Assembly: GCA_964532415.1 (NCBI GenBank) | Contig: CAZHHN010000001.1 | Location: 11,946 to 75,945, forward strand | Direction: 5' to 3' | Origin: an uncultured Gammaproteobacteria bacterium | Lineage (GTDB): Bacteria; Patescibacteriota; Patescibacteriia; SG8-24; DYFX01 | DNA: 64,000 bases | Shown here: positions 1-8,520 of the stretch, in pieces | Layout of the letters: every line of letters begins with the position of its first letter | Numbering within the stretch: position 1 is the first letter of the stretch | Program-made: the position numbers and the translations under genes | Notes under the pieces: model-generated | Database searches by the model: none | What the model was told of the DNA's origin: nothing | Seen by the model: the letters and a program-made list of their open reading frames with translations, nothing else

Positions 1-2
1 AA

Positions 3-929
3 TGCCGGCGCGAGCGCGAGGTCATCAAGGAGGAGATCAACATGTATGAGGACAATCCGATGATGCTCTCGGAGGAGCTGCTCGAAGGGCTGGTCTACGA
101 CGGCACGCTCTCGCGCCCGATCGCCGGCACGCACCGGACGATGGACGGCATCGACCGCGCGGCGCTGCTCCGCTGGCGCGACGCGTACTGCGTTCCGTCC
201 CGCATGGTCATCGCCGTCGCAGGAAAAATCGATGGGCGGATCATGAAGATGCTCGAAGCCGGATTCGGCCGCGTGCCGGAGCCGAAAAAGCGTCCGCCGG
301 CCTTTGCCTCCTCCACGCTGCGCGGCGGCGGTCCGCGCCTGGCGCTGAAACAGAAGGAGACCGAGCAGATCCAGTTTGCGCTCGGCTTTCCCGGCTACCC
401 CTACGGGCATCCGAAGATGGCGGCCTTGTCCGTCCTGTCGGTCATTCTGGGCGGCGGCATGTCTTCGCGGCTTTTCACCCAAATCCGCGAGCGGCGCGGC
501 CTGGCGTACTCGGTGCGCACCGAACTCAGCCCGTATCAGGACACCGGCCACCTCGCGATCCAGGCCGGACTGACCAAGGCAAAAATCGACGAGGGCATCC
601 GCGTGATTTTGGCCGAACTCGCCAAGCTGGCCAAAGCGGGCGTGACGGCCGAGGAACTCACCCGCGCCAAAGAATACATCAAGGGCAAAACGGTCATGGG
701 CCTCGAGGAATCGAGCGCCCTGGCGGACTTCTTCGCCAAGCAGGAGCTGCTGCAGCGCCGGATCGAAACGCCCGAGGAGAAACTGGCCAAGATCGCCGTC
801 GTCAGCCGCGAAGACGTCCGGAAGGTGGCGCGCGAAATCTTCCGCGACGATCACCTGTCGGCCGCGCTCATCGGTCCTTTCAAGGATCAAACGCGCTTCC
901 TGAAAATCCTGCACCTGCCCGCTGCCTGA
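3..929 (+). CDS. M16 (pitrilysin-family) peptidase, 5'-truncated by window edge
   Basis: Frame open from window start (EREVIKEEINMYED); C-terminal LGGGMSSRLF..IRE.RGLAYSV motif of M16 peptidases. Confidence 0.9.
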   Translation, partial: CRREREVIKEEINMYEDNPMMLSEELLEGLVYDGTLSRPIAGTHRTMDGIDRAALLRWRDAYCVPSRMVIAVAGKIDGRIMKMLEAGFGRVPEPKKRPPAFASSTLRGGGPRLALKQKETEQIQFALGFPGYPYGHPKMAALSVLSVILGGGMSSRLFTQIRERRGLAYSVRTELSPYQDTGHLAIQAGLTKAKIDEGIRVILAELAKLAKAGVTAEELTRAKEYIKGKTVMGLEESSALADFFAKQELLQRRIETPEEKLAKIAVVSREDVRKVAREIFRDDHLSAALIGPFKDQTRFLKILHLPAA

Positions 930-931
930 CT

Positions 932-1645
932 ATGCGCAGACTTTTCTTCGCCAACTGGAAAATGCTGCTCGCGGACGACGCGGCCGAAGCCTTGGCCCGG
1001 ACGTATGCCGCGCGTGCCGCCGGCGCATCCGTCGATGTCGCCCTTGCGCCGGGTTTCACGGCCCTTGAGCGGATCGGACGCGTCCTTGCCGGTTCGCCGG
1101 TGACGCTTGGGGCGCAGGACGCGTTTTGGGAAAGCGCCGGCGCGTATACCGGCGAAGTTTCCCCGGCGCAGCTGTCGGCCCTCGGCGTCCGGTTCGTGAT
1201 CGTCGGTCACTCGGAGCGTCGGGCGATGGGGGAGGACGATGCGGTCGTGGCCAGGAAGTCCACCGCCGTCGCGGCCGCGGGCATGACTCCGGTGCTGTGC
1301 GTCGGCGAACTTCGGGAGGAACGCGAAACGGGCCGGCAGGAAGAGACCGTGCGCAGGCAGCTGGAGGCCGTCATCGGCGGGACGTGGTCCGGCCCATGGC
1401 CGATCGTGGCGTACGAACCGCGCTGGGCGATCGGCACGGGCGTGCCCTGCCGGCCCGAAGACGTCTCCGCCATGCTCGCGGTCATCCGCGCGGCTGCCGG
1501 AGCGGACACGCGCATCCTCTACGGCGGCTCGGTCGATCCCAAAAATTTCCGTTCCTATCTCGATCTGGCGGGCATCCACGGTTTGCTGGTCGGCGGGGCT
1601 TCGGCCCGGCCGGACGACGTGAATGCGTTTTTCGACGCGCTCTGA
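932..1645 (+). CDS. tpiA: triosephosphate isomerase
   Basis: ANWKM, GAYTGEVS, GHSERR, AYEP.WAIGTG, LYGGSV and LVGGAS motifs. Confidence 0.97.
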   Translation: MRRLFFANWKMLLADDAAEALARTYAARAAGASVDVALAPGFTALERIGRVLAGSPVTLGAQDAFWESAGAYTGEVSPAQLSALGVRFVIVGHSERRAMGEDDAVVARKSTAVAAAGMTPVLCVGELREERETGRQEETVRRQLEAVIGGTWSGPWPIVAYEPRWAIGTGVPCRPEDVSAMLAVIRAAAGADTRILYGGSVDPKNFRSYLDLAGIHGLLVGGASARPDDVNAFFDAL

Positions 1646-1646
1646 T

Positions 1647-2516
1647 ATGTGGAACGTCGTCGGTATCGCGCTCATCCTCGCCGGTGCGGCGCTCATCTAC
1701 AGCGTGCTGGTCAAAAAATTCCCGCAGCTCAAGCTGATCGATCTCTCGACGCTTGCCCGGGAACGCCATGCCGAGGTCAAGTCGCGCATCATGAAGACGC
1801 GCTTCGACCGTTCGCTCGGCGCGCTTCGGCAGAAAACGTCCGGCATCGTCGGGCGGGCCTCTTCGGGCGTCTGGGGCGCGTTCGAGCGCGCCTACGGATC
1901 GTTGAAGCGCATGGAGTCCAAAGCGGACGGCGGCCCGCGGTCCGAAACGGTCCTGCCGTCGGGACGCGATGCGGCCGAAGCGGCACAGAAAGACGGCCGG
2001 TACGAAGAAGCCGAACGGCAGTATATTCTGGCGCTCAAAACCGATCCGCGCGATGTCGAGGCCTACCGCGGCTTGGCCGATCTCTACATCGGGCAGAAGC
2101 TCTACGACCAGGCCGCCGAGACGCTGGAATTCCTGCTGCGCCTGACGGGAGACGATGACCGGGCGCTCGGCCGCCTGGGTCAGGTCGAGGCTTCCCGAGG
2201 CGATTTCGAACGGGCCGAGGCGCGTTATCTCCGTTCGATCGAGCTCGCGGCCGACGCGACCGCCTATCGCGCTGAGCTCGGCAAGGTCTATCTGGCGGCG
2301 GGGGATGCCCGGCGCGCCTATGAGCAGTTCCGCACGGCGCTCCAGTCCGAACCCCACCATCCCAAGTATCTTGATTATTTTCTGGAAGCCAGTATACTCG
2401 TAGGCGACCGGGATGCCGCGCGCTCGGCGCTTTCTGCGCTCTCCGGGGTCAATCCCGGCAACGCCAAGCTCGAAGAGTTCCGTGCCCGCATCGAAGCACT
2501 GCGCGAAAAAGTTTAA
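1647..2516 (+). CDS. membrane-anchored TPR-repeat protein
   Basis: ATG 2 nt after tpiA stop; N-terminal TM helix; TPR repeats (AYRGLADLY, ALGRLGQV, ELGKVYL). Confidence 0.85.
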   Translation: MWNVVGIALILAGAALIYSVLVKKFPQLKLIDLSTLARERHAEVKSRIMKTRFDRSLGALRQKTSGIVGRASSGVWGAFERAYGSLKRMESKADGGPRSETVLPSGRDAAEAAQKDGRYEEAERQYILALKTDPRDVEAYRGLADLYIGQKLYDQAAETLEFLLRLTGDDDRALGRLGQVEASRGDFERAEARYLRSIELAADATAYRAELGKVYLAAGDARRAYEQFRTALQSEPHHPKYLDYFLEASILVGDRDAARSALSALSGVNPGNAKLEEFRARIEALREKV

Positions 2517-2641
2517 AAATCAGATGAGATGACCCGAGCCATCCCGATTCCGGGCGAGGGTCAAGCCGCGAGCGGCGGTTGCGCGTGAGCGAGGACGGCC
2601 TTGGGCCGTTCCGAGCGTAAGCGCCACCGGCAAGCGAGCGA

Positions 2642-2717
2642 GCCGACGTAGCTCAGTTGGTAGAGCGTGTCCATGGTAAGGACAAGGTCACCGGTTCGAT
2701 CCCGGTCGTCGGCTCCA
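2642..2717 (+). tRNA. tRNA-Thr(GGT)
   Basis: Cloverleaf GCCGACG...CGTCGGC-T-CCA; anticodon arm TGTCC-ATGGTAA-GGACA; GGTTCGATCC T-arm. Confidence 0.97.
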
Positions 2718-2718
2718 C

Positions 2719-2805
2719 GGGCAGTTACTCAAGCGGTCAACGAGGGCAGACTGTAAATCTGCTGGCCTTGTGCCTTCCAAGGTTCGAATCCTTGACTGCC
2801 CACCA
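2719..2805 (+). tRNA. tRNA-Tyr(GTA)
   Basis: GGGCAGT acceptor; GCAGA-CTGTAAA-TCTGC anticodon arm; long variable arm; encoded CCA. Confidence 0.97.
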
Positions 2806-2878
2806 GGGTTCAGGCCTCCATCCGGATGGAGACCTGAACCCTGCGTCCGTCCGCGTTCAGGAACAGGCAGGGAGCCGT

Positions 2879-2954
2879 GCCGGCGTAGCTCAGCTGGTAG
2901 AGCAGCGCTTTTGTAAAGCGCCGGTCGAGGGTTCAAATCCCCCCGCCGGCTCCA
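2879..2954 (+). tRNA. tRNA-Thr(TGT)
   Basis: GCCGGCG acceptor; GCGCT-TTTGTAA-AGCGC anticodon arm; encoded CCA. Confidence 0.97.
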
Positions 2955-3009
2955 CCCCTTGACGGAAAAGCCGCCCGGGCGCATACTGAGTCCACGATTG
3001 AATTCTTTT

Positions 3010-3165
3010 ATGTCACAAGACAATCTCATCAAGTTGGAATGCACCGCCTGCAAGCGCGTGAATTACCACTCCAACAAGAACAAGAAGAAACTCAAGGCCC
3101 GCCTTGAGATGAAGAAGCACTGCGAGTGGTGTAAAAAGCACACCTTGCACAAGGAGACCAAATGA
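3010..3165 (+). CDS. rpmG: 50S ribosomal protein L33 (Zn-ribbon form)
   Basis: [10 protein letters not shown]...KNK....[21 protein letters not shown]. Confidence 0.97.
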   Translation: MSQDNLIKLECTACKRVNYHSNKNKKKLKARLEMKKHCEWCKKHTLHKETK

Positions 3166-3196
3166 AGCACCGCCCGCCCGGCGGTGTTTCGTTTTT
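3166..3196 (+). terminator. intrinsic terminator after rpmG
   Basis: AGCACCGCC/GGCGGTGTT stem followed by a T-rich tail. Confidence 0.7.
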
Positions 3197-3221
3197 CCGC
3201 GAAAGTTGCTAGAGTCGGCGC

Positions 3222-3800
3222 ATGCCCGCAGATCATCGAAATTCCATCCGACAGTTCCTTGACGGACACGGTGCGCCCCTGATTCGTGCATTCCGGGTAT
3301 GGATCGGGCGTCACGCCCCGGCCATTATACCGGCTGTGGCAGATCATCTGTGCTACAGGTGCGGCGATTCCGACGACTTCGACGAGATCCGCGGCTGGTT
3401 CGAAGCCGTCGATGCCGAAGGGCCCGTCAGCCGGTTCATCTACCAGTCGATCGTTGCCGGCCGGCGCATCGCCGTCATCAGGCTGATCGAGCCGATTCCC
3501 ACGCCGCTCGGCGATCTGCGCTTCCTTGAATTGGCCGATCCCAAGCCGAAGAGTTCGATGAAAGGCGATTTTCATCATATCGAGATCTATCCGACTTCCG
3601 GCACGCCGGAAGAACTGGTCGCTTGCCTGAGCCGCGGCCCCACGGCAGGGATCGTCGATGGCCGTTTCAGGATCCCTTCGTTCCGGAAGGTTATACGGCC
3701 GCATCACACGACGTGGGATGCCGAGATGGACGGCGGTTTCATCATCCGGGTGACGGAGGAGCCGCTGATCGACAAGATCAAGCGGACAGAAATGCTTTGA
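3222..3800 (+). CDS. VOC/YecM-like protein
   Basis: DHLCYRC, GRRIAVIRL..PI, LELADPKP and HHIEI pattern of YecM-type VOC proteins. Confidence 0.7.
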   Translation: MPADHRNSIRQFLDGHGAPLIRAFRVWIGRHAPAIIPAVADHLCYRCGDSDDFDEIRGWFEAVDAEGPVSRFIYQSIVAGRRIAVIRLIEPIPTPLGDLRFLELADPKPKSSMKGDFHHIEIYPTSGTPEELVACLSRGPTAGIVDGRFRIPSFRKVIRPHHTTWDAEMDGGFIIRVTEEPLIDKIKRTEML

Positions 3801-3801
3801 G

Positions 3802-3825
3802 AGACGCGCCGGCGCGTCTTTTTTT
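3802..3825 (+). terminator. intrinsic terminator
   Basis: AGACGCG-CCGG-CGCGTCT followed by a T run. Confidence 0.7.
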
Positions 3826-3878
3826 GTTCCTGCCGGCCTTGCCAGACCGTCCCGTTTCGGCTATCATGCCGATGTTCC

Positions 3879-3952
3879 GGGGGCTTGGTGAAGTGGTATC
3901 ACAAGGGTCTCCAAAACCCTTGTCGTAGGTTCGATCCCTACAGCCCCTGCCA
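3879..3952 (+). tRNA. tRNA-Trp(CCA)
   Basis: GGGGGCT/AGCCCCT acceptor; AGGGT-CTCCAAA-ACCCT anticodon arm; GGTTCGATCC; CCA end. Confidence 0.95.
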
Positions 3953-4022
3953 GGACAAGTAAGTACCGGAGCCAATCCGCCTGCCTCAGGCGTGCGCAAC
4001 CGATAATTGCGTGTCCCCGACG

Positions 4023-4048
4023 CAAAACGATCCGAAAGGGTCGTTTTG
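4023..4048. terminator. hairpin, probably a bidirectional terminator after tRNA-Trp
   Basis: CAAAACGATCC-GAAA-GGGTCGTTTTG. Confidence 0.6.
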
Positions 4049-4159
4049 TCGTAGGGAGATCATCCCGCCGAAAGACAGATGATTTTGTCCATGTACGTTA
4101 GCCTGCTCCTATACGTCCGCACGTCGACGGCAGCCATGGCCGAACGCGGGACGCCGATA

Positions 4160-4188
4160 TTGACACCTGCGCCAAATCCTGCTACGTT
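4160..4188 (+). promoter_or_regulatory. sigma70-type promoter
   Basis: TTGACA-17 nt-TACGTT with TG extension. Confidence 0.7.
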
Positions 4189-4383
4189 TATCGGCCGTGT
4201 CTTGAATGCGCAGCGGGCTGAACCATGGGCGTGGCGAAAGACGCTTCGGCAACGGAACGTCTTTCGCTGCGACCGTATTTGGTCGACGCCCCCGCCTCGG
4301 GGTACGGGGATGTGCCGCAGTATGCGGCCCCGGGCCCGACAGGCCCGGGAACAATGCCGGCTATCGGCCGAAGGAGCATCGAC

Positions 4384-4884
4384 ATGGCAAAGGTCGCGGT
4401 GACGCGCAACTGGCGCGAGGAAAACGGGGTGATCTCTCTCAGGGTCACCTCGGACGGTACGACCGGTCCCGAATGGATCGGTCGGCTCAGAAGCATGGGG
4501 TATCGGGTAAGCGTGTACGCCCAGACGCTGCTCAACTCCAGGGACTTCGTGCCCACACGTGGCATTGTGTATGAGATTGCCGTTCTGAAGGGCGGGCCGT
4601 CGCAAGTGCGTGACGATGCAAGGCGACGTGGACTTGCCAAGCCGACTCCGGAGGTTGCCTGTCTTATCCGTGCCGCCTGCACGGATGACGATCTCGAGGC
4701 GATGGGTCTCATGTGGCTCGTTGTCATGCATGAGCCCATCAGGGACTCCGTCGGCGAGCGGTTTCTTCTGGGCCCGCGCCGTGTCGGCGAGGGACGCTGG
4801 CTCGATGCCGCCTATAGCGAGCCTGAAGGCGGCTGGGGCGTCGAGAATGGGTTCGCATTCGTCGTCTCGGAAGTCAGCGCTTAG
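4384..4884 (+). CDS. hypothetical protein (CPR-type, C-terminal W...GFAF motif)
   Basis: AAGGAG SD before ATG 4384; upstream promoter and downstream terminator; VTSDGTTG.EWI.RL and AMGLMWLVVMHEPI.DS.G segments. Confidence 0.75.
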   Translation: MAKVAVTRNWREENGVISLRVTSDGTTGPEWIGRLRSMGYRVSVYAQTLLNSRDFVPTRGIVYEIAVLKGGPSQVRDDARRRGLAKPTPEVACLIRAACTDDDLEAMGLMWLVVMHEPIRDSVGERFLLGPRRVGEGRWLDAAYSEPEGGWGVENGFAFVVSEVSA

Positions 4885-4922
4885 CACTCGAACGCGCCGG
4901 TCCTCTCGGAAACCTGGCGTTC

Positions 4923-4954
4923 GCCCGTCTCTCATGTCAGGGAGGCGGGTGTTT
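4923..4954 (+). terminator. intrinsic terminator
   Basis: GCCCGTCTCTC/GGGAGGCGGGT stem followed by GTTT. Confidence 0.55.
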
Positions 4955-5298
4955 CATTTGAGGCCGAAGCACACTCCCAACAGGGGAAGCGGCGAAGAGG
5001 CCTTTTTGGCTTGTGGAAGTTGACAGCGCTTTGAGCATGTGGTGCGCATGCCAAGGACCGTCGGGGTCAATCCCGATCATTCCAATGGCCGAATTCTGCA
5101 CCGCCAACTTGACAAAACGTAAAGTATGGTGATACATAGGAATGCTCCTCGAGATGAAGGCACAGCATTTGCCGCAGCAGAAAGCGTCCAGCGACAGGTC
5201 GTTTTCTGGTACGGCAAGCCGGTGTCCATGGTGGATACCGTTCAGGCCGTGTCAGCCGATATGTCCCATGTGAGGGGATGAGTCGGCAGGGAGACAAC

Positions 5299-6117
5299 AT
5301 GGCAAACGACGATTTCAGGTTGGAGGTGGGAGCGGCACATCGGTTCGAGCTCGTGGCGCGCAGGGTGGGCTGGAGGAACAGCGACCTTACCCGCATGACG
5401 CAGGACCGGGTCATGCTCGGGCGCGTTCTCGACGTCATCAGGGGTATTGCGAGCATTGAGCCCGCTGCGCCTCTTGCCGATCGTGAGGCCGATCCATCTG
5501 CCTTGGATGGAATGGCCAGCGACGATTTCAGGTTGGGAGTGGGAGCGGCGCATCAGTTCGAGATCGCGGCGCGCGCGGGAGACTGGACGGATGCAGACCT
5601 TAGCCCCATGGAGCGTGAGGACACGCTCGCATGCATCCTTGCCTTCGTCCGGGGTGCCGGGAAGATTGTGTATATGCCGCATCTTGTCGACTGTAACGCC
5701 GATCCGTTCGTTCCGGACGGTCTATCGGTCGCGGAGTTCCACAGGGACGGCGTCATCGATCTTACCAAGACGGAGATCACGCTCTTCCTTTCGGCAAGGC
5801 AGAAACGCCCGCTCCGCGACCTGCCCGGGCACCGGGGCGGCGTCATCGATGGCCACGACCTCCGCAAGGAGATCGCAACCCGGCGGGCCCTGCACGTCAA
5901 TGTGCTCGACTATCTGCTCGCGCATCCGTCCCGTATCCCGCACGGGTGGAAGGGCGTGTCCGTGTTCTTCTGGAGAACGATTTATCTCGACGGGTTCGGC
6001 CATCCGAGCATCCGCTGCCTCTCTTGGGACGGCCGCAAGTGGTGCTCGAGCTACCGCCAGATCGGCCGCGGCTGGGGTCCAATCTATGCGGCTGCCTGCG
6101 GGCAAGATCGCGCATGA
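5299..6117 (+). CDS. hypothetical protein with duplicated N-terminal ~71 aa unit
   Basis: GGGAG SD; MANDDFRLEVGAAH / MASDDFRLGVGAAH repeats; DC.ADPF.PDG...NVLDYLL.HP..IP..WKG..VFFW.TIY C-terminal domain. Confidence 0.8.
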   Translation: MANDDFRLEVGAAHRFELVARRVGWRNSDLTRMTQDRVMLGRVLDVIRGIASIEPAAPLADREADPSALDGMASDDFRLGVGAAHQFEIAARAGDWTDADLSPMEREDTLACILAFVRGAGKIVYMPHLVDCNADPFVPDGLSVAEFHRDGVIDLTKTEITLFLSARQKRPLRDLPGHRGGVIDGHDLRKEIATRRALHVNVLDYLLAHPSRIPHGWKGVSVFFWRTIYLDGFGHPSIRCLSWDGRKWCSSYRQIGRGWGPIYAAACGQDRA

Positions 6118-6323
6118 TCCTGGTTACGGTGTACGGGAGATCTCTCCGCTCTGTTTCTGACAAGGTTCCCGCTCCGCGCATGCTGATGGCTGCGCGGAGC
6201 GTTTTCATATACACCGCAGGTGATTTTCTGCGCCTCATCCACGGCATGCGCGCCGATCCGGCCGCCTTGAAAAAGATCGCGGACCGCCTGCGGGCACATT
6301 TCTATCGCGTGACCCAAGTTTGA
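6114..6323 (+). CDS. small hypothetical protein
   Basis: ATGA overlap with upstream stop; fills the gap before ung; no recognisable motif. Confidence 0.35.
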   Translation: MILVTVYGRSLRSVSDKVPAPRMLMAARSVFIYTAGDFLRLIHGMRADPAALKKIADRLRAHFYRVTQV

Positions 6324-6360
6324 CGGAACCTCCCGGCACGGGTGTAATGCCGGCAGAGCT

Positions 6361-7068
6361 ATGGAGATCCGTCTTGAGCCGTCCTGGAAAACGCATTTGA
6401 GCGGGGAATTCGAAAAGCCCTACTTCGCGCAGCTGGCCGCCTTCGTGCGCGACGAATACGCCGCTCATGCCGTCTACCCGCCGCCGAAACGCATCTTCGC
6501 CGCGCTCGATGCCGTGCCGTTCGATAAGGTACGCGTCGTCATTCTCGGCCAGGATCCGTATCACGGACCGGGACAGGCCAACGGTCTGTGCTTCTCGGTG
6601 CCGGAAGGCGTGCCGAAGCCACCCTCGCTCCAGAATATTTTCAAAGAAATCCACGATGATCTCGGGTTGCCGATCCCGAAAAGCGGGGATCTCCAGCATT
6701 GGGCCGACCAAGGCGTGCTGCTGCTGAACGCGACGCTGACCGTGGCGGCCGGGGAAGCCGGATCGCATCAGAAGCATGGCTGGGAAGAATTCACCGACGC
6801 CATCGTCAGGAAATTATCGGAAGAGCGGGAGGGCCTGGTCTTCCTGCTCTGGGGCGCCTATGCGCAAAAAAAGGGCGCGCAGATCGACCGCACCAGGCAT
6901 TTGGTGCTCACGACGGCACACCCGTCGCCGCTCTCGGCCCACAACGGTTTTTTCGGCTGCCGGCATTTCAGCAAGACCAATGCCTATCTGATTGCGAAAG
7001 GCGGGAAGCCGGTCGAATGGGTGAAAGACGCTCCGAAAGAAATCGACGTCCGGGACGTCGAATGGTAA
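6361..7068 (+). CDS. ung: uracil-DNA glycosylase (family 1)
   Basis: GQDPYH, PPSL.NIFKE, GVLLLN and HPSPLS motifs. Confidence 0.98.
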   Translation: MEIRLEPSWKTHLSGEFEKPYFAQLAAFVRDEYAAHAVYPPPKRIFAALDAVPFDKVRVVILGQDPYHGPGQANGLCFSVPEGVPKPPSLQNIFKEIHDDLGLPIPKSGDLQHWADQGVLLLNATLTVAAGEAGSHQKHGWEEFTDAIVRKLSEEREGLVFLLWGAYAQKKGAQIDRTRHLVLTTAHPSPLSAHNGFFGCRHFSKTNAYLIAKGGKPVEWVKDAPKEIDVRDVEW

Positions 7069-7076
7069 GCGCGAGA

Positions 7077-7985
7077 ATGTCTATGCGCTGCGTTCTGCAC
7101 GGCAGTTTCCGAAAGCACCTGTCCGAGATCATCCGCGTCAAGCGGGTCTTCGAGGCGGCAGGCATCGAGGTGCTGGCACCGCGTGAAGAAACGGTCGTAA
7201 GCATACAGGACGGTTTCGCGAAGTTCACCGGCGAGGAAACGCAGGATCCCCGGCTGGTGGAGCTGCTCTATCTTCATCATCTGAAGCGGCTGGATGTGGA
7301 CGGCTTCAGTTACTTCGTGAATCCTGAAGGCTATATGGGAACAAGCGCGGCCTACGAACTCGGCATCGCCCAGGTGGCGAACGTCCCTTGTTTCTTTCTC
7401 GAACCGCTGCGCGATCATCCCGCCTATCTTCATGGCGGCGCCGTTTTTCCCGCCGAGGATCTGGCGGAACATGTGCGGACGCGCGGATGCCTGCCGGAGC
7501 CGGTCGTCCGACCCGACGAAGCGGCCATGCATCGGCTCTGGGAGAATTTGATGGTTCCTGGTTCGGTGATCGCCGTCGGTGGTATCATTGAATACGACGG
7601 TGGAAGACGCCGGAACGACAGGGACATCCTGCTGGTGCGGACGCATAAGTGGGGAGGTCGCTGGTCCGTCGTCGGCGGGAAAGTTCGTCGCCACGAACGC
7701 CTGCTCGATGCCCTGGCGCGCGAGGCTCACGAGGAAACCGGTCTTCGGGTGCGTCCCGGCGCGCATCTCGCGACGTTCGACCAGATCAAGAATTCCGGTT
7801 ACTATCAGGCCGGCATGCAGCATGTCTTCGTCGATTACGTGTCGCGCGCCGATTCGAAACGCGTGCGGCTCAACGACGAAGCGCAGGCGCACGTCTGGAT
7901 GCCGGCCCGCGAGGCGCTTGCTACGCTCGACATCGAACCGAATGCCCGCCATATTGTTGAACTCTATGCCGCCCGGTCGGCTTAA
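7077..7985 (+). CDS. NUDIX hydrolase with N-terminal nucleoside-2-deoxyribosyltransferase-like domain
   Basis: Nudix box GGKV...E...AL.REAHEETGL; N-terminal GSFRK...NPEGYMGTSAAYELGIA. Confidence 0.8.
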   Translation: MSMRCVLHGSFRKHLSEIIRVKRVFEAAGIEVLAPREETVVSIQDGFAKFTGEETQDPRLVELLYLHHLKRLDVDGFSYFVNPEGYMGTSAAYELGIAQVANVPCFFLEPLRDHPAYLHGGAVFPAEDLAEHVRTRGCLPEPVVRPDEAAMHRLWENLMVPGSVIAVGGIIEYDGGRRRNDRDILLVRTHKWGGRWSVVGGKVRRHERLLDALAREAHEETGLRVRPGAHLATFDQIKNSGYYQAGMQHVFVDYVSRADSKRVRLNDEAQAHVWMPAREALATLDIEPNARHIVELYAARSA

Positions 7986-7994
7986 CCGCCCCGT

Positions 7995-8501
7995 ATGACT
8001 TTGCCATTCACCACATCCGAACTTGAACGCTTGCTGGAGCTTGCTGCACTCGGAGAATGGCTGCTCGACGGTCATCGTCCCGAGGGCCAGGACTCGCCAG
8101 CGCACGCGGCCGTCCTTCAGAAATTGTACGCCTTGGCCGATGACGAAGGTCTCGGCTGGCTGATCGGTCTCGACGAAGCGGCCGACCGGCTCAAGCCATC
8201 GGAGGCGCTTATGGCCAGGATCGACGGGGAAGTCCAGAATTACGATGAGGCGGTCTTCTGGGACGAACTGGCGATCCGCCTGGCCGAACGCGATCTCAGG
8301 GACGAGCTCGGCGCGGCGGCGTTCGACGCCCTGCCGCACGGCGAGCGGCACGAACGCGCCGAGGCGCTGGCCCGGGCCTACGACCGCGAATTCGAACGGC
8401 ACGGTCTCGGGCGACTGCATCTGGAAACGCCGCGTCGGAACCGCCGCCCGCGCGATCCGCTGACCGAACGTCTTAAAAAAATGTTCGGCGACACGTTTTG
8501 A
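7995..8501 (+). CDS. hypothetical protein
   Basis: Co-oriented 9 nt after the NUDIX gene; helical, acidic; FWDELAIRLAERD segment. Confidence 0.7.
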   Translation: MTLPFTTSELERLLELAALGEWLLDGHRPEGQDSPAHAAVLQKLYALADDEGLGWLIGLDEAADRLKPSEALMARIDGEVQNYDEAVFWDELAIRLAERDLRDELGAAAFDALPHGERHERAEALARAYDREFERHGLGRLHLETPRRNRRPRDPLTERLKKMFGDTF

Positions 8502-8520
8502 CGCCCGATCCGGGCGACGC

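Noticed and set aside
4021-4050. GCAAAAC...GAAA...G resembling a c-di-GMP-I riboswitch P2
   Set aside because: It forms a closed symmetrical hairpin with A/T flanks and lacks the downstream GACGCAAAG/P3 part; better explained as a terminator.
4881-4889. TTAGCACTC, a CIRCE left arm
   Set aside because: No right arm at N9 spacing, and it overlaps a stop codon.
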